DNA of 32,000 bases from Nitrososphaerota archaeon (GTDB taxonomy: Archaea > Thermoproteota > Nitrososphaeria > Nitrososphaerales > UBA57). The notes beneath the pieces were generated by a model. That model did not search any database. It was not told where the DNA came from and saw only the letters and a list, made by a program, of their open reading frames with translations. This document shows, piece after piece, positions 1 to 7,723 of the stretch (position 1 is the first letter of the stretch; every line of letters starts with the position of its first letter). Location of the stretch: the NCBI GenBank assembly GCA_016871995.1, contig VHBL01000002.1, positions 132,708 through 164,707 on the forward strand. Direction: 5' to 3'. The position numbers were made by a program, and so were the translations under genes.

Positions 1-1
1 G

Positions 2-757
2 GACATCGAACCTACGAAGGTAGTTCAGGCAGCAGCTTATGGAGCCGAAATAGTGGCTATAAAGGGGACTTACGACGATGCGAACAAGCTTGCGACACAG
101 GCTGGCGAGATTTACAACATAGGCGTAGTCAACGTGAATCTGAGGCCATACTATGTTGAAGGTTCAAAGACACTTGGCTTTGAAGTATGCGAGCAGCTAG
201 GATGGAAAGCCCCCGATCATGTGATTGTCCCAACGGGAAGTGGTGCATTGCTCTGCGCATTGGGCAGAGGTTTTGACCAGCTCAAAAGTGTAGGTTTGAT
301 CAGGGAGAACAATGTCAAGATTACGAGTGCACAACCCTACGGATGCTCACCAATTGTAGATGCGATAAAGAAGTCTACCGATGTAATAGACCCTGTAGAA
401 AGGCCCAATACTATTGCAAAGAGCCTTGCCATTGGAGAGCCAGGAGACGGTATATATGCAGCAAGAACAGTCATGGAAACCAAAGGCTTTGGCGAAAACT
501 GTACAGATGAAGAGATTGTTGATGCGATAAAATTGCTTGCCAGCACCGAAGGGATCTTTACAGAGCCTGCAGGTGGAGTAACGATAGCAGTTCTGAGAAA
601 ACTTATCGGCGAAGGAAAAATAGATGCTGGTGAAACTGTAGTGTGCTATGTAACGGGCAATGGCCTGAAGACTCCAGAAGCAGTTTCAGCGCCAACCACA
701 AAACCCATCGCCATTGACCCGAAGATCGAAGTACTTGCGCAGATAATCCGAAGGTGA
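2..757 (+). CDS. thrC: Threonine synthase family (fold-type II PLP enzyme), C-terminal ~250 aa; the 5' end lies outside the window
   Basis: The frame is open from nt 2, so the listed GTG at 53 is internal. The translation (..HVIVPTGSGALLCALGRGF.., ..CYVTGNGLKTPE..) looks like the C-terminal half of ThrC-family enzymes. Only a 4-nt gap separates it from the next gene. Confidence 0.8.
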   Translation, partial: DIEPTKVVQAAAYGAEIVAIKGTYDDANKLATQAGEIYNIGVVNVNLRPYYVEGSKTLGFEVCEQLGWKAPDHVIVPTGSGALLCALGRGFDQLKSVGLIRENNVKITSAQPYGCSPIVDAIKKSTDVIDPVERPNTIAKSLAIGEPGDGIYAARTVMETKGFGENCTDEEIVDAIKLLASTEGIFTEPAGGVTIAVLRKLIGEGKIDAGETVVCYVTGNGLKTPEAVSAPTTKPIAIDPKIEVLAQIIRR

Positions 758-761
758 AAAC

Positions 762-1043
762 ATGGCAGCAGTTAAAGTGATAGTTCCAGCAGTACTGTCG
801 AGCAGCACAAAAGGCGAAAGAGAAGTCAGCATTGCAGGGCAAACAGTTTCGGAGATAATATCTCTTCTTGCCAAGAAATACGGGGAAACTTTCGAAAGGA
901 GAGTTTTAGATCTGGATGGGAAGCCCAGAACGGTGCTGAACTTTTACGTCAATGGAAAGAATATCAGGTTTCTAAATGGGTTTGAAACCCAGCTCAAGGA
1001 TGGAGACGAAGTCATGCTGTTACCTGCAGTAAGCGGAGGATAG
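762..1043 (+). CDS. MoaD/ThiS-family beta-grasp sulfur carrier / ubiquitin-like SAMP-type protein ending in Gly-Gly
   Basis: 93 aa. The C-terminus ..DGDEVMLLPAVSGG is followed directly by a stop, the classic MoaD/ThiS/SAMP tail. The gene is tightly packed between the thrC-like and E1-like genes. Confidence 0.8.
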   Translation: MAAVKVIVPAVLSSSTKGEREVSIAGQTVSEIISLLAKKYGETFERRVLDLDGKPRTVLNFYVNGKNIRFLNGFETQLKDGDEVMLLPAVSGG

Positions 1044-1046
1044 AAG

Positions 1047-2162
1047 ATGTCGTTTACAGATGAAGATCTAGAAAGATACTCGCGTCAAGTAGTGCTTGAG
1101 GACATAGGATTCGAGGGACAAGAAAAAATCAGGAATTCTACCATTACAGTAGTGGGTACTGGAGGGTTAGGAAGCCCTATTGCACTCCAACTCACGGCGA
1201 TGGGCATAGGAAAGCTCAGGCTCGTAGACAGGGATGTAATAGAGATTTCAAACCTGCACAGGCAAATACTCTTCAGCCCAGAAGATGTAGGGCTACCAAA
1301 AGCCGAAGTCGCAGTCAAGAAACTGCAGAAGCTGAACCCAGATGTAAAGTTCGAAACGCTGACATCATCACTCAATGACGACAGTGCAGAATACATCATA
1401 AAGGGTTCAGACATAGTGATCGACGGTTTGGATTCTATCTATGCTAGATATGCATTGAATAGGGCATGCTTGAAGCTTAACATTCCATATATATTCGGTT
1501 CTGCGATAGAAACTACAGGCTCAGCATCAACCTTTATTCCCAAAAATACTCCCTGCTTAGAGTGCCTGTACCCGAATTTGAGGGATGAGGACCTGCCAAA
1601 GTGCGGCACCGAAGGTGTGCATCCATCAGTACTTACTGTAGTTTCAAGTGTCCAAGTATCCGAAGCTATAAAATTGATAGTTGGGAAAGAACCGAGCCTT
1701 GCGGGGAACCTGTTCTACGCTGACATAAGAGATCTAAGCTTCGACAAAATCAAGATCGCAAGGCAGCCTGACTGCAAAGCCTGCGGCAATAAAGCCAACA
1801 TTTCAGAACAGGTACTTCCTCGTAAACTGGTCGAAGAAATCTGTGGCAGAGAGCGCGGCAAGTCTGTCCATGTCATAACCCCTAAAGAGGATTTGCAATT
1901 GGATATTGCTAAGGTAGCGAGGGACCTGAACATACGAAACCTCAGGATACGGGCAATTGGAAATCATGGAATTACGTTCTCTTACGATCCAGAAATTAAT
2001 GTAAGTTTGGTAAAGAGCGGCGTCGCTACGGTAGTAGGTGCGAATACGGAGCAGAGAGCGCTAGAAGTCTTCGATGACTTGGTGGTATCTGGCTTGAAAA
2101 CCCCGCTGAACAAGGTAGACCCTAAATTTAATGTGGTTCTTGCGTCGTTAGCACACAATTAA
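1047..2162 (+). CDS. E1-like adenylyltransferase (ThiF/MoeB/UbaA family) with a ~120-aa non-rhodanese C-terminal extension
   Basis: Contains RYSRQVVLEDIGFEGQEKI, the nucleotide-binding VVGTGGLGSP motif, NLHRQ, and two CxxC pairs (CLEC, CKAC) typical of the Zn site. The extension spans nt ~1791-2162. Confidence 0.85.
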   Translation: MSFTDEDLERYSRQVVLEDIGFEGQEKIRNSTITVVGTGGLGSPIALQLTAMGIGKLRLVDRDVIEISNLHRQILFSPEDVGLPKAEVAVKKLQKLNPDVKFETLTSSLNDDSAEYIIKGSDIVIDGLDSIYARYALNRACLKLNIPYIFGSAIETTGSASTFIPKNTPCLECLYPNLRDEDLPKCGTEGVHPSVLTVVSSVQVSEAIKLIVGKEPSLAGNLFYADIRDLSFDKIKIARQPDCKACGNKANISEQVLPRKLVEEICGRERGKSVHVITPKEDLQLDIAKVARDLNIRNLRIRAIGNHGITFSYDPEINVSLVKSGVATVVGANTEQRALEVFDDLVVSGLKTPLNKVDPKFNVVLASLAHN

Positions 2163-2266
2163 GACGTAAAACCCCAAACTATTCTGTAGTGTTAAATGGC
2201 TCTTGCAGACAGATTAGTCCGTTCCTTGGCTTTTCAAGTCGATGTCGGAGTTGCCAATTTGCCAAG

Positions 2267-2318
2267 CTAACCAGTTATAACTCTCATGATCTCTAACCAG
2301 TTATAACTCTCATGATCT
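2267..2318. repeat. Perfect 26-bp tandem duplication (2 x ctaaccagttataactctcatgatct)
   Basis: Read directly: 2267-2292 is identical to 2293-2318. It overlaps the 3' end of the minus-strand ORF 2267..2770. Confidence 0.95.
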
Positions 2319-2770
2319 AATTCTTTGCCTATCGCCTGCCTAATTTGAATCAAGTCTATCCATCGCATCTCGAATCCCGAGGTAGGGACTACCAAGACTG
2401 CTTTGCCTATTCCTGCCCGCAGTCTTTTTACGATTTGTTTGTTTCGACTCTTCCGTTTAACATGAGCTATCCTTTTCTTTAACTCTTCTATGGCTAATGG
2501 ATTAGGCTGGAGATCCCCGACCTCTCTTATGAAAGATTCAACTTCTTCGAGTGTTTGCTCTGTCGGGCCAGCTAGAACTTCATCATAGCTGCTCACAAAA
2601 AATTTGACATACTCTACCAAGTCTCTCTGATATTCCTCGAAGAACTTTTTGTCAGCTTGTGATAGAAGACCATAGAGGTACTTTTCAGAAAGATCGACCA
2701 TTACATTTTGCAATTTATTAAACAAACGAAGGGGGAATGAGGGTCTTCTCTCCCTCGACGTTTCTGCCAA
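2267..2770 (-). CDS. Hypothetical protein (167 aa from TTG 2770; start uncertain, internal ATG at 2701)
   Basis: Long ORF with no family recognised. Its last 17 codons read the 26-bp duplication in two different frames. Confidence 0.45.
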   Translation of the reverse strand: MAETSRERRPSFPLRLFNKLQNVMVDLSEKYLYGLLSQADKKFFEEYQRDLVEYVKFFVSSYDEVLAGPTEQTLEEVESFIREVGDLQPNPLAIEELKKRIAHVKRKSRNKQIVKRLRAGIGKAVLVVPTSGFEMRWIDLIQIRQAIGKELDHESYNWLEIMRVITG

Positions 2771-2854
2771 ACCGATGATAGATTTGATTCCCTGTCTAGG
2801 GGCGCTCCGCTAATATTCGACAACTGACGAATTTTTTCCAATCTATCTAACTAG

Positions 2855-2862
2855 TTTATATA
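2855..2862 (+). promoter_or_regulatory. TATA-like box (tttatata) ending 22 nt upstream of ATG 2884
   Basis: An AT-rich octamer at the spacing expected for an archaeal promoter with a very short or absent leader. Confidence 0.4.
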
Positions 2863-2883
2863 GAAAGAAAAAAGCTCGCGCTC

Positions 2884-5237
2884 ATGATACGACAGATAAC
2901 TCTGTTAAGTCTGATTGTGGCAACGATCCTACTAACTTCAACGTTAATGGCAGCACTAATCCCTCGTGTGAACGCTTTTGATCCTGGCGGTCCTCCAGTT
3001 GGAGGAGCAGCTCCAACAGTTGCTACCGGCAACTGGGAATGGATAAACTACCAGCCTACTGGAGGTAGTTATAGTCCTCAAACCCAGATAAACAAAGATA
3101 ATGTACAATATCTAGAAACGAAGTGGGTATATCCGTATACCGCGCCTCCAACGCCGTCAAAGTTAGGACTTTGATTCCCCAGCAAGGCTCAGGTGCTCCA
3201 GTTATTATCGTAGATGGAAATGTATATGTGCTCATGAACGACCATAGGATCCTTGCGATCGATGCCGGTACTGGCAAGCTCATATGGAACAACACCTATG
3301 GTACGACTTTTGATGCTGTCGGCGAAGCTGCAAAATACCCATTCTTACAGCCTCCCCTTCTGCATGGTCATGCTCTTAACTACTATAGAGATAAGGGTTG
3401 GCTCATTGGGAGCTCATTAGGCTCTTGCAACCTCTACGCGGTAGATGCTAAAACGGGCATAACATCATGGGTCCTAAGGACAGAGCAGATTTGTGGTACT
3501 GTTGCGGAATTAGGCGATCCCACAAAACTGGTTGGAAAAATTCCTGACTTTCCTGGTGCAGGCGCTCAACAGCCTTCTGGTTTTCCCGAACCTGGAAGTC
3601 TAGGGAATCAAGGATTTTACAGCAGCCTTGGTACTCATCCTCCAGTGTTCCTGGGCAACATAATGTTCTTTCCCGTGGCTGGTGCGAGTGGCCAAGGAGG
3701 TAGATCATTCGTTACAGCCTTCGACATGACCGATCCTCAGAATCCAAAGCGATTATACAGGACATTTACGCAGGGTCCAGCTCAAGGAGATCCTAACTGG
3801 GCGATAAACCAATGTAAAGCAGTAGGAGGAAATGGCTGGTACTTTGAATATCCAAAATTCCTCGAAAGCATTAACTATCCAGCAAGAGACAGGGACCCAA
3901 CATATCTAGCAACAAAATGTACAGATGTAGCTGATGATGTCGTAAAGAACGACGGAATAGACATGGTTCCAGGTTCTCCCACCTTTGGAAGAATGCATAC
4001 ATCCAGCCAAGCAGGTTCAGCGGTATGGGGTAACTATCCACTCGATCAAGAAACTGGCATTGTCGCGTTAGGTTGGGGTGACCAAGGACCGTACACGAAC
4101 TTGACAAACAAACATGGCCCAGGTCTTCATGGAAGTGGTTATACAGCACATGACGTCAGAACGGGAAAAATGGTCTGGTGGTTCCAAGCTGTTTTACGCG
4201 ATCTATGGGACTATGACTGCTCGTGGGGCGGGATAATTGGGCAGGTTCAAGGAAAGAAGGCATACATCAAAGGTTGCAAGGATGGTATTGTTCATGCATT
4301 AGACTGGTCGACAGGTAAGCCATTCTGGAATTATGACGCTCCCAGCATCCTTAGAGGAGGGAACAACATCAAGACGTACTATGGTGTTGGAGCAAACAAC
4401 AGGCCAACTGATCCAGAAGCATGCTGCAAATTGACAAAGGCAGACATGGGCAAGCCATGGATGACTTACCCGCTCAAAGACCCGTTTGTACAGAACTGCT
4501 ACACCGTTTGTCTGGAATCCGACTTCGCTTATGACGGTAAGCGGATTTATGTCGCAACGTTCAACAATATGGGCACTCATCGCGTGACTAATGTCATAAC
4601 CTTCGGTAACTCGGGAGCAGCGGTTCCAAGAGCAAACTTCCCAGACCAGACTTTCACTGTAGATTCAAACATTGATGCCGTAGATGTGAATACGGGCAAG
4701 AGGGTTTGGTCATATAAGATCGATACGTTTGGTTTCAGGGGAGGTGTTATGACTACTGGAGGAATGGTTGTAGTCTATGCCGCTGATGGAAACCTGAAGT
4801 TCCTCGATGCAGAATCTGGCAAGCTGTTGCATGAAAAAACCTTCGGCGTTCCAGTTAGCGTCATGCCTACTATCGGGGCTGACAAGAATGGCAAGTACAA
4901 GATCTTCGCACACGTGGGTGGTAGTGGAGGCTTCCTTTTCAGTCAGGCTGCAACCACAGCAGGCAATCTAATGGCATTCGGTCTGCCTGACAAAATCCCA
5001 CAGCCCCAAGTGATTACCAAGGAAGTCATCAAAGAAGTACCAAAGGAAGTCATAAAGGAAGTCATCAAGGAAGTAGTCAAAGAAGTACCAAAGGAAGTCA
5101 TCAAGGAAGTAGTCAAAGAAGTACCAAAGGAAGTAACAGTAGAAACTATCAGTCCTATTTCGTATGCAGCGATAGGAATCGGTGTAGTAATGATAGTCAT
5201 ATCAGGAGTACTGTTCAGTAGAAGGAAGAAGGCATAG
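2884..5237 (+). pseudogene. PQQ-dependent dehydrogenase-like 8-blade beta-propeller, secreted and C-terminally membrane-anchored (paralog 1), frameshifted near 3139-3140
   Basis: ORFs 2884..3174 and 3123..5237 are collinear with the single 787-aa ORF 29636..31999. The frame changes right after ..ETKWVYPY. Removing 2 nt gives ..YPYRASNAVK.., matching ..YPYRDAVEK.. in the paralog. Also present: a signal-peptide-like N-terminus, PQQ-repeat motifs (AIDAGTGKLIW, DLWDYD), and a C-terminal TM segment plus RRKKA. Confidence 0.8.
5019..5138 (+). repeat. 12-nt coding tandem repeat, 10 units encoding (K-E-V-I/V/P/T)
   Basis: Encodes KEVIKEVPKEVIKEVIKEVVKEVPKEVIKEVVKEVPKEVT immediately before the C-terminal TM helix. 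Confidence 0.95.
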
Positions 5238-5259
5238 TACTAGATCGTCAGATTAGGAG

Positions 5260-5325
5260 GGGGTAGGTGTATGGTTCCATGGGAGATCCATGGACGCTAG
5301 CCGAGTCATGAAACACACCTGCCCC
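5260..5325 (+). repeat. Nested inverted repeat / structured element just downstream of the paralog-1 stop
   Basis: An 11-bp outer stem pairs 5260-5270 (ggggtaggtgt) with 5315-5325 (acacctgcccc), including one G.U pair. It encloses a 7-bp hairpin, 5276-5282 with 5288-5294 (tccatgg / ccatgga). Confidence 0.6.
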
Positions 5326-5460
5326 ATGCCAATCTTGATTAAGTTTCCTTCAAAACTGATAATCCTTTAGTTAATGGAAATCCCGAACAACCTGCTAGGC
5401 AGATTTAATTAATTAGTAATGGTAGAACAATCAAACAATCTTAAAGTTAACAGCGTAAAC

Positions 5461-5627
5461 GTCAATCATTGACATAGCAGATGTTGACGAGATTCACGAA
5501 TAGATAAAGAACCTACCGACTTCCGCAGGGGTATTTGATAAAATTGACCAATAATAGATCAAGATTACGGTCAATTCTTAATCATTCTATCATCCTGATA
5601 ACGCTGTTTGACTGGTTGTGCTGTCAA
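5461..5627. promoter_or_regulatory. Cluster of TTGAC/GTCAA motifs arranged as three inverted pairs in an AT-rich spacer
   Basis: GTCAAT-c-ATTGAC at 5461-5473, gTTGAC at 5483-5488, ATTGAC 5543-5548 paired with GTCAAT 5570-5575, and TTGAC 5608-5612 paired with GTCAA 5623-5627. Confidence 0.35.
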
Positions 5628-5762
5628 AAGATGGTGGCGCTAGCTGACAAAGGCATATTTCGGCATGATATCCCTAGCCAAACAAAGAGGAAATTGTTTA
5701 ACTATTCTCCAATACCTTCCTAGAAACTTAACTTTAATAGCCTGAAGGAACTATATCAAATC

Positions 5763-6386
5763 ATGCAATCCTCTTTAGTTTTGAAGGGAGCAGAAGAGCT
5801 AATCAAAGAGCAGCTAGGATCTGAAGCTAACCCTGAAGCAAAGGTTAAGGTCTATGCCTCTTATTTAGCAGATAGATGCACTCAGTTATCAGGGGAAACA
5901 TGGACTTCTAAGAACTGCACAAACTCTTTGCGATCTTACGGGCTTTGGGATAGCGAACAGTTTCCAACGTTGCAGGGTAGATATGGTTTCTATGTTTTAG
6001 TCTCTTTGAATGACCTAAAGCAATTGGACTTATGGGATTGCTATGTATGCAATGGTAAAGTCAAAAGGGGCTCGGCTCGGGAGCATATCTTTGAATGCTG
6101 GATAGAAGGGGTTTCCTGCTTTAATTGTAATACGGTTGTTAAGTCCTATGAAGAGCTAGTTGAACATAGAAAAAATTGTCAGGTTTCTTTTATACCCTAT
6201 AACTATGGTAATTGCCCTGCCTGCAATGCGAAAATAAAACTATCAGAAATGAGAAGGCATGTCAATCAATGTGAAGATATTCTATCATGGGAAGAGCCTG
6301 AGCAACCTAGCACAAAGGAAACAGAAACCCCTAGCATAATCGAAGTTGAAAAGCAAAGCACCGTAGAAGAGTTAGCTAAGGTATAA
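5763..6386 (+). CDS. Hypothetical protein with three tandem C2HC zinc fingers (C-x2-C-x11-12-H-x3-C)
   Basis: The fingers are CYVCNGKVKRGSAREHIFEC, CFNCNTVVKSYEELVEHRKNC and CPACNAKIKLSEMRRHVNQC. A TATA-like tttaatag sits about 23-30 nt upstream of the ATG. The gene is convergent with the integrase. Confidence 0.6.
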   Translation: MQSSLVLKGAEELIKEQLGSEANPEAKVKVYASYLADRCTQLSGETWTSKNCTNSLRSYGLWDSEQFPTLQGRYGFYVLVSLNDLKQLDLWDCYVCNGKVKRGSAREHIFECWIEGVSCFNCNTVVKSYEELVEHRKNCQVSFIPYNYGNCPACNAKIKLSEMRRHVNQCEDILSWEEPEQPSTKETETPSIIEVEKQSTVEELAKV

Positions 6387-6388
6387 AG

Positions 6389-7666
6389 TCAGGAAGGCAG
6401 TTTTACAATAGCTTTCCCGTTGGGAAGCTCTCTAACATAGTCCCAACCTTCGTTGATGTATTTTTCAATCTCTGAAGTACGGATAACCTTTTGACTTGAT
6501 CCGTTCTTTGTCAGCTTTGCTAATACCTTATGCTCTGCCTCTTTGGACTTCCTTTCAATCCCCTTTGTGAGTAATTCGTTATATTCGTCAGCATGTAGCG
6601 AACTAACATCAATATTCAATAGCTCCTCTTCCGTATATCCTGCAGATCGAAGGCTTGTCTTTATGAAGGCCTGAATAAACGCATTACTGTCTTTAGTGTT
6701 AATCTCCCTTATCGCTAGTTTGGGAAGAGCAATTTTGTAAGAGTCCCTTAGCTGATCTTCCGTTGGCCTGCTATATGCACCGGCAGAGCTTCCCCTAGGT
6801 ACATGCCCTAAGAGATAGTCAACCCAATTTAACGGGATCCCTGAGCCTTCTAGGATAGTTTGAGCTCTCTTCCTTAGTATATGGGCATGAAATTCCTTCA
6901 ACCCTTTAGCTTTAGCATTTAACCCTACCTTGAAACCCAATTTAGCGATCCTTGTCATTGTGGTAGTTGGAGCTAGAGTCTTTCCGTTCTTTGTGATAAA
7001 TAGAAACGAATCGTTCGCAATCTTCTCCCCTAAACTCTGCCTCTGCTTGAAATAGTCCCTGATCGAATTAACAGTATCTTTGCCAATGAAAGCAACATAA
7101 GGGATATTCCCCTTTGTGATCCTTGCAGGAAACCTAACCATGCAGGGAATGTTATTAGCTTCATAATCGGCTCTGATATGTCCATACTTGAGCTGCAGAA
7201 CTGAGCCTATCCTAGCACCTGACTCTATCAGGAAATACAGAAGGGGCCTTAATGCCTCTTTAGCAATGGTGCATAGTTTGAAGAGCTCTTCATTGGTTGG
7301 GATCTTTTCAATCTCCCTCTTAGGAGGCTCTCTTTGGATTGAAACCTCCAGGGGTAAATGGTTCGCTTTATAGAAACTCTTAACCCAAGCTGCTAAACTA
7401 TCCCCTCCCTTTGTGTTATTGGCAAAGGCTTTCAGGTTATCTTCTGCTTTGAACCTGACTTTGACATTCTTTGATAAGACTTCCCTGCTCCTCTCTTCTA
7501 TGAGCTGATCGGGATTTTTGCCTAAAGCCTTCTCATATCTATACAATCCATACAGAGAGTTCCGAACCGTGTTTCTTGAATTATTGCCTAATTCGTTGAG
7601 CCATGTTTGGACTGGAGCATATTTCCTTAGTCTATCGTACTCAGCCTTCAGGTTGACTTGCCCCAT
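6389..7666 (-). CDS. Tyrosine recombinase / phage-type integrase (425 aa)
   Basis: The C-terminal catalytic region reads ..FHAHILRKRAQT..LLGHVPRGSSAGAYSRP (an H-x-x-R .. LGH .. Y pattern). There is an extra ~100-aa tail ending ..EGWDYVRELPNGKAIVKLPS. A TATA-like ctttatata lies ~25-30 nt upstream. Confidence 0.85.
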   Translation of the reverse strand: MGQVNLKAEYDRLRKYAPVQTWLNELGNNSRNTVRNSLYGLYRYEKALGKNPDQLIEERSREVLSKNVKVRFKAEDNLKAFANNTKGGDSLAAWVKSFYKANHLPLEVSIQREPPKREIEKIPTNEELFKLCTIAKEALRPLLYFLIESGARIGSVLQLKYGHIRADYEANNIPCMVRFPARITKGNIPYVAFIGKDTVNSIRDYFKQRQSLGEKIANDSFLFITKNGKTLAPTTTMTRIAKLGFKVGLNAKAKGLKEFHAHILRKRAQTILEGSGIPLNWVDYLLGHVPRGSSAGAYSRPTEDQLRDSYKIALPKLAIREINTKDSNAFIQAFIKTSLRSAGYTEEELLNIDVSSLHADEYNELLTKGIERKSKEAEHKVLAKLTKNGSSQKVIRTSEIEKYINEGWDYVRELPNGKAIVKLPS

Positions 7667-7723
7667 ACCTTAGGGTAGGTTTTGACAGTATATAAAGGAA
7701 GATATTTCATTAGCATAAATTAA

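Larger units (their letters stand above)
5260..7680. mobile_element. Candidate small integrated cassette or remnant (AT-rich spacer + zinc-finger ORF + integrase)
   Basis: An integrase gene is wedged between housekeeping genes. Short direct repeats occur at both edges: GGGTAGGT at 5261-5268 and 7673-7680, and ACnTGCCCCATnCC at 5317-5330 and 7656-7669. The boundaries are weakly supported. Confidence 0.3.

Noticed and set aside
3121-3185. A BHB intron as the explanation for the paralog-1 frameshift
   Set aside because: Alignment with paralog 2 leaves room for only a 2-nt excess, not an intron, and no bulge-helix-bulge fold is evident.
5019-5138. The short-period repeats as a CRISPR array
   Set aside because: These are contiguous 12-nt units with no spacers, in frame inside a coding sequence, and there are no cas genes.
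4943-5200. Minus-strand ORFs 4943..5200 and 31465..31878, which encode TSLMTSFGTS-type repeats
   Set aside because: They are the antisense reading of the (KEVx)n coding repeats inside well-supported plus-strand genes. They are open only because the repeat lacks stops in that frame.
5260-5325. The nested stem-loop as a tRNA or pseudo-tRNA (integration target)
   Set aside because: A 7-bp acceptor-like pairing exists, but the stem continues to 11 bp and there is no T-arm (GTTC-type) or D-arm, so it is not a cloverleaf.
5535-5723. A 62-aa ORF (TTG start) in the AT-rich spacer upstream of the zinc-finger gene
   Set aside because: It has a non-ATG start, no motif, and sits in a region dominated by TTGAC/GTCAA repeats. 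This is more likely regulatory DNA than coding sequence.
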